The notes under the pieces were generated by a model. The model searched no databases. It worked only from the letters and a program-made list of their open reading frames with translations, and was not told where the DNA came from. Positions 1-9,846 of a DNA stretch of 53,392 bases are shown here, piece after piece (the first letter of the stretch is position 1; the number at the start of each line of letters is the position of its first letter). The position numbers and the translations under genes were made by a program. Source of the stretch: Barthelona sp. PAP020 (taxonomy: Eukaryota); assembly GCA_040182905.1 (NCBI GenBank), contig JARQWU010000041.1, positions 1 through 53,392 on the forward strand, read 5' to 3'.

Positions 1-1
1 A

Positions 2-952
2 GGGGAATTGTTAAATTCTATCATTTGTGGTGTTGATGGTCCATTACCAGTCAAAAAATTGACACCTTCAATACATGTTTCTGAGGATAGTGTAGCTAGG
101 CTGGTTCAAGGAAAAGATGCTCCAATACAGATAAAACAGATGAATCGTGTTTTAAGTCGTAAAACGCGTCCTAAATCAACACCCAATATTCAAAATACCT
201 CTTCTAAATTAATGAGAGATGTTTCAAGACAAATAATGAAAAAAACAAAACAAAATCCAAGAAAATTAGCAGAAGAATTCCGTTTTACTGATAGGGGTGA
301 ACAAGGATTCATCAAGAGTGTGGATTTTGTTAAAAGTTTGAAATCTTCTGGTATTCAATTAAACAATCAAGAAACAAATGGGTTATTACAAGAATTAGAT
401 CCTTTAAAAACTGGTCACATTCCGTACAGACATTTTATTGATAAAATAGCTAATGCTGATAGTCTTAATGACCGAACCATTGATTATCCGATTGATATTG
501 CAATTAATCGTACCTTTATATCAGATTTAAATAAATCTGAGTCACCAACACATCAAAGAAGAAGAAAGTATGTTCCTTCACCTGAGACTAAAGAAGTTCA
601 AACTTTTAGGCCCAAATTAGATCCTGCACATTTTCAATCCATTAATTTTTTTGAAACCCCTTCGAAATCACCCAAAAGAGAGAAGAATTTTGGACGATTT
701 AATCCAACAATCAGACCATATTCAGCGCCCAAAATTAACTCAAGTACTTATGTTGTTTCACCATTGACTCCTAAAAAACCCTACACTATTGTTAAAAACA
801 CTTCTCCTTCTTCTCCAATAACACCAAATAAATTTATTTCAAGTGCTCAAGGACAATCATTTGACATTTTAAGAGATCAAATGAAACCTGTCCAACATCG
901 TCCATCCAAAAAAATGATTCCACAAAAAAATTCGAATGTGTTATTTCCTTAA
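2..952 (+). CDS. EF-hand-containing protein, 5'-truncated at window edge
   Basis: Frame is open to the window start. Two EF-hand-like loops (FTDRGEQGFIKSVDF, LDPLKTGHIPYRHF) followed by a Pro/Ser-rich tail. Confidence 0.6.
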   Translation, partial: GELLNSIICGVDGPLPVKKLTPSIHVSEDSVARLVQGKDAPIQIKQMNRVLSRKTRPKSTPNIQNTSSKLMRDVSRQIMKKTKQNPRKLAEEFRFTDRGEQGFIKSVDFVKSLKSSGIQLNNQETNGLLQELDPLKTGHIPYRHFIDKIANADSLNDRTIDYPIDIAINRTFISDLNKSESPTHQRRRKYVPSPETKEVQTFRPKLDPAHFQSINFFETPSKSPKREKNFGRFNPTIRPYSAPKINSSTYVVSPLTPKKPYTIVKNTSPSSPITPNKFISSAQGQSFDILRDQMKPVQHRPSKKMIPQKNSNVLFP

Positions 953-1224
953 TATTCAATTAATTAGTCACATATACATTAGTTCACTTAATTTTTATCA
1001 AATGTTTATTTTTTATTCAACTTCGTATTTTTGTAAAAATGTATACTCTTTTTTTTTCTTAAATAGTGAAATTTTTAAAAAAAAAGTTTCTTGGTGAAGT
1101 AAATATTTATATAATCATTACGAATATGTTAAAATACTGAAAAAGGGAAAACTTCAAAATAGTTAAAGGTTTTTTTTGATTGTCAGGGCATTTTTCCGTT
1201 GTTAAATTTTTTTATTTTATTTAT

Positions 1225-1507
1225 GACTTCATTAAACCATCCGTGGGGGTGGGGGAATTGAGGGATTTTATATGCGAACGCTCGTCTGATTGTTCTCATC
1301 GTCTGACGATTCTGAGACGCTGTGACCCTCACATCTACTTCCTAAAAAAAAAAAATAACGGTAAATGTTCGATATGAGGATCACGAATAAGTATTTTGAG
1401 AACGATTCTTTATGTTTCTCAAATAAGTCTTGTATCTTCCAACTTGCCAGTTGATATCCGTTTTGAGTGTTTGCTGTCGTCACTCAATTGGGATGTTTTA
1501 TGGAGTC
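1225..1507 (+). ncRNA. Candidate structured ncRNA of unknown family
   Basis: GC-richer intergenic island. 1225-1242 pairs with 1491-1507 (~16 bp). Inner helices 1245-1253/1334-1342 (G-U rich) and 1259-1264/1326-1331, with further hairpins at 1376-1439, 1440-1453 and ~1462-1487. Confidence 0.5.
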
Positions 1508-1607
1508 TCTTTACGGAAAAGTTCAATAAAGTCTTATTTCATATTTTTTTTTTCAGATTTTTCCTTTCTTTTTCAATTATCCATCATATATTGAATTATT
1601 GTTTCAA

Positions 1608-2492
1608 ATGTTTGACTATTCGAAATTGTTTGATGAATTATATGTGGCTGTTGAAATTCCTAATCCAAAAATTCTTCAGATTCTGGAAAATCTAAAAAAT
1701 TCTTGTCAACAAAACAATAACCGAATTTTTATTGCTAAAACGAAAAATTGTGTGTCCTCTTTATCGACTTTATTGAATTATTTTTCTGAGTATAATGAAA
1801 ATAACAAAGAAAAATGTATTTATGATTGTTTTTCTGAAGCTAGACTATTAATTCTAGAAATAATATCCTTTTTACTGTTGGAAGATCCTTTTGTTGATCA
1901 CATGTTCATTTCTCATGAAGATTTGCTACGTGGTCTTGTTTGTTTGTTAGAACAATATTGTTGGGAAAATGAACTTGAATTAACATTGAAAGTATTAGAT
2001 TACTTGTCAATTTTACCCCTTCATCAAACTTTTATTTGCTGTGAAGATGGTGCTGTAGCTAATGTTTTAAGATTTTTGAACCAAGTTGATTCTCCAGGTG
2101 CATTAAAACATGCTTGGAACATTATTGATTATTTATCAAGAAACGAATCAAACTTATATATCTTACCTCGTGTAGAGGGCTTTATTGATAGATTCATTGA
2201 AACTCTCACTGATTCAAATGAGAATTTGATCAGCAGAGCGTTAGATATATTGGGCAGAATTTGTAAGTTGGAAGAAAACCACAGATTTCTGGCAAATCAA
2301 ACGAATTTATTGTTAGCTTTGTCAAGAGTTGCCTCAAGATACAGACAGAGTGATTTTGCTGATTTAGCAAACAAGGCCATTGAAGTTGAACGTAAATTGG
2401 GTGAATCGAATGAAAATTTGTATTTTGAAGTGCATGATAGTGATAATGACGATGATGAAAGAAAAAAACATGATTCTTTAGAGATTTCGTAA
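1608..2492 (+). CDS. Armadillo/HEAT-like helical repeat protein
   Basis: ORF starts at ATG 1608. Repeated ARM-like helical motifs (ALKHAWNIIDYLSRNESN, ALDILGRICKLEEN). Confidence 0.6.
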   Translation: MFDYSKLFDELYVAVEIPNPKILQILENLKNSCQQNNNRIFIAKTKNCVSSLSTLLNYFSEYNENNKEKCIYDCFSEARLLILEIISFLLLEDPFVDHMFISHEDLLRGLVCLLEQYCWENELELTLKVLDYLSILPLHQTFICCEDGAVANVLRFLNQVDSPGALKHAWNIIDYLSRNESNLYILPRVEGFIDRFIETLTDSNENLISRALDILGRICKLEENHRFLANQTNLLLALSRVASRYRQSDFADLANKAIEVERKLGESNENLYFEVHDSDNDDDERKKHDSLEIS

Positions 2493-2657
2493 TTTTTAGT
2501 GTGTGTGATTTTAGACTTTTGTTTATTGAATTGTAAATTTTTAAATTTTTTTGGTTATTACATAATATTTTTCAATCTTACTCTTGGGTTAAATGGTGGC
2601 AAGAGGATTAACTTTGATGGTTGATGAAATTACATTTGTTAAAGAAATCAAAAATTA

Positions 2658-3448
2658 TTTCCAAGCCAAGAAGTACTGTACGTATGAGTGAATAAAAAAG
2701 AATAGTGTTTATTTGGTTAAAAATTTTCGAGGCCCGATTGATTTGTTCAAAACTTTAGATTTTCTAAGGTAAAGTTTAAACTTTAAAATTTTGCTTTTGC
2801 AAAAATACAAATAAATAGGAATGAAGAATTTCTCCAAAATTCTCCTACTTGATCGTTCCAATTACATTTCAGTCCCTCAATTCCCCTCCTTGGATTTTGA
2901 CTGAAATTTGCTAGAATGAGTTTTCTGAGTTTACTTTCTTTGTAAATAAATATTGTTGTTTCACAACTGGACCAATATCTCCAATAAATTCCGTTCATTG
3001 AGTATGAACTTCCACATACTTTTTCTTTATAAATAAATATTGTTGTTTCACAACTTGACCAATTTCTTACTGTAAATTTTTTCAAATCTCTTGATTTGTT
3101 AATTCTAACCAAAATTGAGTTTCCAAATTTTTACAAAATTGGTCAAGTTGTGAAACAACTATATTTATTTACAAAGAAAAAGTAATCAGAGAAAACTCAT
3201 TTCATTAAATCTCAGCCACAGAAAATGAGTGGCTGCAATTGAATCTTGCTCATCAAGTATGAAAATTTTGGAAAAATTTTCCATTCCTATTTTTTTGTAT
3301 TTTTGCAAAAGCAAAATTTTAAAGTTTAAACTTTACCTTAGAAAATCTAAAGTTTTTCAACAGATCAATCGGGCCTCGAAAGCCTTTAACCAAATAAACA
3401 CTATTCTTTTTTATTCACTCATACGCACAGTGCTTCTTGGCTTGGAAA
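2658..3448. mobile_element. Non-autonomous foldback/MITE-like element with ~320-bp imperfect terminal inverted repeats, flanked by TA
   Basis: 2658-~2976 is the reverse complement of ~3138-3448 (TTTCCAAGCCAAGAAG...CTTCTTGGCTTGGAAA). TA at 2656-2657 and 3449-3450. A second copy starts at 53294. Confidence 0.85.
2935..3063 (+). repeat. ~42-bp internal direct repeat within the foldback element
   Basis: TTTCTTTRTAAATAAATATTGTTGTTTCACAACTKGACCAAT at 2935-2976 and 3022-3063, with an inverted copy at 3138-3179. Confidence 0.9.
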
Positions 3449-3539
3449 TAATTCCTAAATATACGATTTATTTTCCAATTCAAAAATACTCATTCGTATG
3501 AAATAATAAAATCACAAAATTTACACATTCTTCATTTCT

Positions 3540-4214
3540 TTAAATTTTCTTTGTTGGAAGTGCTAAAACTCTTTTGCGTATTTGTCTTAACAAACTTGGA
3601 TGTCCTTTGAGCATGTCATTAATTTCTCTAAGTCTATTTTGTAACAAATGCATTTGAGCTTTAAGGCTATTATATCTAAAAGTAATTTGTTCCCTAATAT
3701 TGTCCTCATTTGAAACTTCAAAATTTAAACTCATCAATTCAACAAATTTGAAATCCATATTTTGCACAATATCCAATCTACCATGGGTACAATCATCACT
3801 AATTAAGAAAATAGCATGTTTTAATTCTGGATTTTCAATTATTTGCTCAAATGCTTTCACAACTGTTTCTGCAAATTCACTGAAATCTATCCTTAATCCT
3901 TGAGCTTCACTTAAATGAGTCCAAGTTCTTTCATCAACAGTGAAAATATAATGAAAAAATAGATCTCTTTCTGAAGATAATTCAATTTGGGTCATCAAAT
4001 GCATGTCAGTATTTCTCAAAACTTTAACTTTTATTGCCTCTTGTTGACCATGAACAGTAGATTGTGATTGAGGTCTTAATTCCATTGTAATCTCTTGATC
4101 AAATACAATTTCAAGATTATTATTCAAAGAAGGATCCATTTCTTGAATAGGATTATATGTTATATTACTTACCAAATTTTGTGATTGTGCAGTATCTAAA
4201 TATGGAGAATTCAT
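3540..4214 (-). CDS. SAS-6-like (SAS6L) centriole/basal-body protein
   Basis: SAS-6 N-terminal/PISA motifs (IELSSERDLFFHY, QGLRIDFSEF, LDIVQNMDFKFVELMSLNF) followed by a short coiled coil with QITFRYN, as in protist SAS6L. Confidence 0.8.
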   Translation of the reverse strand: MNSPYLDTAQSQNLVSNITYNPIQEMDPSLNNNLEIVFDQEITMELRPQSQSTVHGQQEAIKVKVLRNTDMHLMTQIELSSERDLFFHYIFTVDERTWTHLSEAQGLRIDFSEFAETVVKAFEQIIENPELKHAIFLISDDCTHGRLDIVQNMDFKFVELMSLNFEVSNEDNIREQITFRYNSLKAQMHLLQNRLREINDMLKGHPSLLRQIRKRVLALPTKKI

Positions 4215-4265
4215 TTCAAGTTAAAAAATTAAAATGCCAATTTAATTTTAATTTTTCTTTTGTTA

Positions 4266-4580
4266 ATGTTCAATTCCAACCACCATCTTCCATTAAATGT
4301 GGCTAAGGCAGTGTCTACAGAATATATGTATGCAGATAGGCAAAGACAATTGATTCAAGATCAAGAACAGAGTTTACGAACCCAATGGATTGAATCATTG
4401 GATAAATTACACACAAAAAAAAGTGTTCAACAAAAAGCAGAACAACAAAACGATCACGGAACGCATTTTCATAAAATTTTGTTGAAAGAAAGAAAGAAAC
4501 AATTGGCATTGTTGCTTGATCAAGAGTTTGAAGAACACTCAAGAAGATTGGAAAATATGGGTTTAGCCATCGTAAAATAA
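4266..4580 (+). CDS. CFAP141 (C1orf189)-like axonemal microtubule inner protein
   Basis: ~104 aa. The C-terminal ERKKQLALLLDQEFEEHSRRLENMGLAI resembles the CFAP141 C-terminus. Confidence 0.55.
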   Translation: MFNSNHHLPLNVAKAVSTEYMYADRQRQLIQDQEQSLRTQWIESLDKLHTKKSVQQKAEQQNDHGTHFHKILLKERKKQLALLLDQEFEEHSRRLENMGLAIVK

Positions 4581-4846
4581 AATCTTTATCTTTGTATATC
4601 TTAACAGAATTAGGAATAAATAAAAAAGACTTTTTTTTTCTGATTTGTTGTTCTCTCCAGTTTGGGGAGTAGTCTTTTTTACAAAAGCAATTTAAGACAT
4701 TCAAGTTCTTTCTTTGTGAGGCAAAACCTAATCACAATATAATGATTTTTGTGTTCTATGCTATAATCATATAATCATAGAATAAACTGGGAAATAAATT
4801 TTTTTATTCAATTGATAAATTGACAAAAAAAAAAGTTAAGAAAAAT

Positions 4847-5404
4847 TTAAACCTGATCAATTGCATTTATCATTGTAATAAGGTAGGTAGTTTTCATAGG
4901 GAATTTGTCTGTGGACCTGAAATGAGCAGAAACTGTCGCTGGAAAATTTGCTGCATTCATAGCACCTTCAATAATTCCAGCAACAAAAGCATTACAATTT
5001 ACCTTAATTTTTGAAGGATTATTATGTGAAATATATTTGGTAATCAAAGGTTCTTCATCAGTAATGAGGTACTGTTCTTGATCACCTGCAGCTTTTTGTA
5101 AGCTTACTGGAGTGGAACCAAAAAGAGTCTTCCACATACAATTTGTTACAATATTTGATAAAAATGAAACAACTTCATTGTCCCTTTTGCAACTTGGATT
5201 CCTATCTCTAAACACAACTAATTCAAGGGTTCTTGCACCGATAGATTTACCAACACGATGTAATCTTTGTTCAATTTGAGTAGAATTAGATTTACTCTGT
5301 CCAGATACACAAAATTCAGCCAACAAATATGAAAATACATTATAACTAACTTCAGTTTTAGCTTTTTTTAATGGCTTATCATAAATATCCAATCGAATTG
5401 ACAT
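4847..5404 (-). CDS. TRAPPC5: TRAPP complex subunit 5 (Trs31)
   Basis: IYDKPL, EVSYNVFSYL, VGKSIGARTLEL, WKTLFG and NCNAFVAGIIEG motifs. Likely start is ATG 5404. Confidence 0.9.
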   Translation of the reverse strand: MSIRLDIYDKPLKKAKTEVSYNVFSYLLAEFCVSGQSKSNSTQIEQRLHRVGKSIGARTLELVVFRDRNPSCKRDNEVVSFLSNIVTNCMWKTLFGSTPVSLQKAAGDQEQYLITDEEPLITKYISHNNPSKIKVNCNAFVAGIIEGAMNAANFPATVSAHFRSTDKFPMKTTYLITMINAIDQV

Positions 5405-5629
5405 ATGCTTGAATGAATGATAACAAAAAAAATAATCTTGCACTTCATTTCCTCCAAAAAAATATATACATTTATTAATTTAATACAATAACTATTGATT
5501 ATTGATAACATTAATACAATTAATGATGTGAAATAACAAAAATGAAAAAATACTTTTATGAAATACAAGTTCGAGTGTCTACTCGACAACATAATCGCTT
5601 GTCGGCCAATCAAAACATTATTCATAATT

Positions 5630-8600
5630 TCAACTCGTTAACAAGGTTAAGCTACCACTTCTGGCCAAATTAGGTTTAATATCTATTTTTTTGAAAGCTC
5701 TACGATATTGTCTTTGCAATTTAACCAAACTGTTAAGACATTGTGTGACTGAAAATGCAGCAGCATCAGAATTAGAATATTCTAAAGCTCTTAAACTTCC
5801 TTCATTGAAAGCTTTATCAAATAGATTAACAACATTGGGAACTTCCAACATTGAATTGAAGTCATACAAACCTGTTGAAGATTGAATTTCCAAAAGACCA
5901 GATACAAGAAGATTAATGACTTTGTTGATGAGTAAGATGGTTGTAATTGGGAAAGAATGACCTTGCAAAACCAATTGCAATTTTTCATAAAATACTTTGG
6001 CACTGTCGAAATTTCTGTTCAATAAAGTTGGGTGTTGTGCAATAGTGTCAAAAATTTTGTTGAAACTTTCACAAAAACTTTTAGCTTCCGTTAACATTTC
6101 ATTAACTTCATCCATCTTGATTGTAGCCACTAAGTTTGGTCCAACGTTCACAAGAGGCAGTGCGAATATTTTTGATACACATGGATTGAGCAAAATGATT
6201 TCAAAAAGCTGGAGATAATCCAAATCATGAGAGGTCAATTCCAATTTGTTTGACAATAACTGTCTTTCCATATCCAATTCTAAGAACGCTTTCTTTTCAT
6301 TTACTAACCCTTTGGCCTTGAAGAATTCACCATCAGCAAATTTATCAATGTATCTTTCCATTACCAGCAAATATTCATCCAAAGGCTTGTGTGTTTTTTT
6401 TGTTTCAGCAATTTTCATCCAAATATTAGCCAATTTGGAAAGAGAGATTGAACTTGAATGTTCCGTGAAAACATCAACAAAATTTTTAAACTCATAAGTC
6501 TTTTTGGAAAATGATCCTTGTAACTCTAAAACTTTTCTAAAATCAAATATTTGTTTCAAAGTAACGTTGTTAAATTCATAAAGTATGAACAATAAACAAT
6601 GTTCAAAAGGAACAAATGAGATATTGGTACCCATCACTTTAGCATTAGGTGTTGACCCTGATAATATTTCTGTTTGGAATGAAGTTAATCGGTAAGGCTT
6701 ATATGTCATGACAAACTTCATTATTGCCTTGTATCTTGACTGCTCAATCAAATCTCCAAACAATATTTTTAAAATTAAACCAAATTGTTCACCTAGAATA
6801 CCACTAGGTAAACCTTCATTTGTATTGGGTAAAAACAATTTTTTATAAGGAAGATCAGTTATCAAACTAAATGTGTGTAACATTATCAAGAAGGATAATG
6901 GTGGAAAAATCAGTTCTGAACCAAAAATAGAGGCTTTACTCTCAACTTTCTCAATCAAACCCAAATAATCAGTTCCTATTGAAACGTTACTCTTAAAATT
7001 CCTTAATTTGATCTCCGATAATTGCATATGTGGATTTAAAATGTTTAACGATTCTATATAATTTAAATACTCCTCTGAAGAGGAACATATGACATTAAAA
7101 AACAACTTAGTCAGAATTGATAAATGATTGGAAAAAATTTTGGTTAAAGCAATGTTAAGACGAATAAATAGAATAAAATTAAAATTGGTTGGTCTTTCAA
7201 TATTTATGGCCGTCAATTCACATTCCTCCAAAAAAGGCTGAACAATTTCACGATAGTTGATAGTTAAGAAATTAGAAAAGACTTCATGAACTCTTAAATT
7301 TAATGTGTCAAAGCTTTCAAATGAATTTCTCACCCAAAATATTTTTCTCAGATATTTAATAAACAACAATGGTAGATCATTAACATTTTTGCATAAAATA
7401 TTCCTTATTTCACTATTAAACATTAAGACATCAACAATAGCTTTCTCAATTTGTCGTATCTGCTTATAATTATCTAATGTAGGTTGATATTGTTGAAAAA
7501 TAGGTAAATTTTCAAAAACTTTAAAAGCAATAGTGGTTCTAGAAACTTCTTGTAATTTTTTGGTTAATCGGATGGAAACAGCACTTAATAAAGACAATTC
7601 CATCATTCCAATGTCATTTGACGTAATAGCATCTGTTTTTATGAAATCTTGCGACTGAGGTCGAGGAATAGTATCAATGGAAGTTTCATCCTTGGTAGTA
7701 GAATAAATTTCCCATTGGTCTTTTCGATATTTTGTCATGATATTAATCTCATCACGAAGAGATATGATTCGAGATAATATTTGTAACCTCTCACTAGCCA
7801 TTTCATTGAAATTTGAATTGAAATGATATTGAATCTCTTCTTCAGTAGGAGGTTTATTGGATAAATCTAACCCCATTCGCATGAGAATAACATTGAGACT
7901 TTTCAATTCTTCTTTGGCCTTTATTAACTCCTTGGCTTGTTCCGCTTGTTTCTTTTCAGATTTCCTTAATTTTACCTGTAAACGAATAACTTCTTCCCTT
8001 AATTCCTTTTTATTTCCAGAATCAATTAGATCACTAGTCAAAAGGTGACTTAATTCATCGAAACCAGACTTTTCAAGACTTTCCATCTCCTTTTCCTTGG
8101 CATTTAATTCTTTCATAAAATTTAATGAACTCAAAACAACCTTTTCAAACGTAACATCATGTCCTCCAGTTAACATTCCTTTCAAATCTTCAATCTCTCT
8201 ATTTTTCTTTTCAATAACCTTCTGTTGTGCTTCGATAATATTCCTGTATTCTTCAACTTCTTTCATGAAAAGAATTTTTTCTTGTTCAAATAAATCACTA
8301 TGTTTGGCCCTAGTTATTGCTGCATCATGAATGTAATCATTCTTTTCCTTTTCAACATCATAAAACAAAGTCATACATATGTCCATTATTTCACACAAAC
8401 GTTCTACACTAGCTTCAAGAATATCTCCACGTTCAGGAGATTTTACCTTGACTTGTCTTGATATTTCACTAACAATATTCAATAAAAGATCACTTTCTTC
8501 ATCTAATAATCGCAAAAAAGAAGAGGAATCGTTAACATCAACAATAGGTAATTCACCATACCTTTCAATAATAAATGTTTTCAAAAACCCTATTTGATCT

Positions 8601-9295
8601 ACTCCAAAAGGTCTATAACGTGGAAATATACGTTCATAGATTTTATCATCCAAAAAAACATAATCTTTTGGATCTGAAGGATTTAGTGTAAGATCCTTTG
8701 CTTCAACCAACTTATGATATTCACTTGGTATTGTTGTGAAGTGAGAAATTGGTTTTGCTTTATGTCGACGATTATTGAATAGTGTTTCGGTAAAAGAGGT
8801 TGTATCATATAACTTATCATGATAATCTTTATCCAAAGCTTTTAAAACTTGCATGGACTCAATTGGAACATCTTTAACAGATTTTATCCGGTCAAATGGT
8901 TCTTCAATTTTTGATCTTTTCTTGCGGGAAGAAGCTCTATCTGTCACACAACCCTTTAGCATTTCATTTAATTTTGGCAAATACATATTAAAATCTGATT
9001 CATAATTAGTTGTTGTTTTATCTGTGTGAATTGAACCAGAATCGGAATTAAAATCCAAATCATTGGAATGACTAATACTATCCCAATTTTTTTGTGTTGA
9101 ACAATTTTTAGACCTTTTAGGATGTAAATTTGGATTCTTCATTGTTTTTATCTTTTGCTTTTCTTTGGTTGTATTTAATATCATTTTTACATGATCTCTA
9201 ATTGGTGATTGTGGTACAAAATAATTGTTATGTTTGGGAGTAGACGGTCCTAAAGGTGATAAATCAAAATATTGATTTTTAAGATTATTATCCAT
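5630..9295 (-). CDS. Large coiled-coil protein with an axonemal-dynein-light-chain-like segment (AXDND1-like)
   Basis: 1221-aa ORF. EISRQVKVKSPERGDIL resembles the Ax_dynein_light motif and is followed by coiled coils. Confidence 0.5.
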   Translation of the reverse strand: MDNNLKNQYFDLSPLGPSTPKHNNYFVPQSPIRDHVKMILNTTKEKQKIKTMKNPNLHPKRSKNCSTQKNWDSISHSNDLDFNSDSGSIHTDKTTTNYESDFNMYLPKLNEMLKGCVTDRASSRKKRSKIEEPFDRIKSVKDVPIESMQVLKALDKDYHDKLYDTTSFTETLFNNRRHKAKPISHFTTIPSEYHKLVEAKDLTLNPSDPKDYVFLDDKIYERIFPRYRPFGVDQIGFLKTFIIERYGELPIVDVNDSSSFLRLLDEESDLLLNIVSEISRQVKVKSPERGDILEASVERLCEIMDICMTLFYDVEKEKNDYIHDAAITRAKHSDLFEQEKILFMKEVEEYRNIIEAQQKVIEKKNREIEDLKGMLTGGHDVTFEKVVLSSLNFMKELNAKEKEMESLEKSGFDELSHLLTSDLIDSGNKKELREEVIRLQVKLRKSEKKQAEQAKELIKAKEELKSLNVILMRMGLDLSNKPPTEEEIQYHFNSNFNEMASERLQILSRIISLRDEINIMTKYRKDQWEIYSTTKDETSIDTIPRPQSQDFIKTDAITSNDIGMMELSLLSAVSIRLTKKLQEVSRTTIAFKVFENLPIFQQYQPTLDNYKQIRQIEKAIVDVLMFNSEIRNILCKNVNDLPLLFIKYLRKIFWVRNSFESFDTLNLRVHEVFSNFLTINYREIVQPFLEECELTAINIERPTNFNFILFIRLNIALTKIFSNHLSILTKLFFNVICSSSEEYLNYIESLNILNPHMQLSEIKLRNFKSNVSIGTDYLGLIEKVESKASIFGSELIFPPLSFLIMLHTFSLITDLPYKKLFLPNTNEGLPSGILGEQFGLILKILFGDLIEQSRYKAIMKFVMTYKPYRLTSFQTEILSGSTPNAKVMGTNISFVPFEHCLLFILYEFNNVTLKQIFDFRKVLELQGSFSKKTYEFKNFVDVFTEHSSSISLSKLANIWMKIAETKKTHKPLDEYLLVMERYIDKFADGEFFKAKGLVNEKKAFLELDMERQLLSNKLELTSHDLDYLQLFEIILLNPCVSKIFALPLVNVGPNLVATIKMDEVNEMLTEAKSFCESFNKIFDTIAQHPTLLNRNFDSAKVFYEKLQLVLQGHSFPITTILLINKVINLLVSGLLEIQSSTGLYDFNSMLEVPNVVNLFDKAFNEGSLRALEYSNSDAAAFSVTQCLNSLVKLQRQYRRAFKKIDIKPNLARSGSLTLLTS

Positions 9296-9310
9296 TCGAC
9301 AAAGTATACT

Positions 9311-9334
9311 ATATTATATTATATTATATTATAT
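9311..9334. repeat. (ATATT)n microsatellite
   Basis: ATATTATATTATATTATATTATAT, directly upstream of the 9295 start codon. Confidence 0.8.
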
Positions 9335-9846
9335 GGATTATTATACAAAATTATAGATATATATTGGATAAAACTCGGATATTTGAAAATGAATTCAAGT
9401 TAAACGAAAAAATAAATTCCATAATTGAAAAGTCACATTATTTATTCATTATAATCATTTTACTTTTATAGGGATTAATTTTTAAATATAATTATCAGAT
9501 ATTTGACTCAAATTGGAAAAAATAAAAATTAAAATAAAAATGTTAGTTTATAAAAACAAAAAGTTAAAAGACATAATAAATAATTCAAATAAAACAATGA
9601 TTTTTTTTGAATGAATGTTTAATCTTCATGTTTGTTGAATATAAAGAAATAAATGTGGAAAAATGAGTACATTGAAATTACAATTGTATTTTCATTAATC
9701 AGAATATATGTAAAACAATTGGGAAAACAAATAAACCACACTATAAAATTGCAAGAAAAACAAAACTGCTTCCATTACACAATCATCAAGAATAGCAACC
9801 ACAACCACAAACAATACCAAAAAGAAAGAAAGATCAATAAAATGCA

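Noticed and set aside
1379..1387. GATCACGAA, matching the U1 snRNA stem-loop I (U1-70K site)
   Set aside because: No ACTTACC 5' end at the right distance and no Sm site or stem-loop II context.
2935..3179. 42-bp repeats separated by unique sequence, superficially CRISPR-like
   Set aside because: Only two direct copies and one inverted copy, all inside the TE, in a eukaryotic context with no cas genes.
2783..3501. ORFs 2783-3112 (-), 3229-3501 (+) and 53046-53312 (-)
   Set aside because: They lie within the non-coding foldback element or antisense to the kinase pseudogene and show no transposase motifs.
5594..5607. ATCGCTTGTCGGCC, resembling the U2 snRNA 5' end
   Set aside because: No GTGTAGTA branch-recognition sequence follows.
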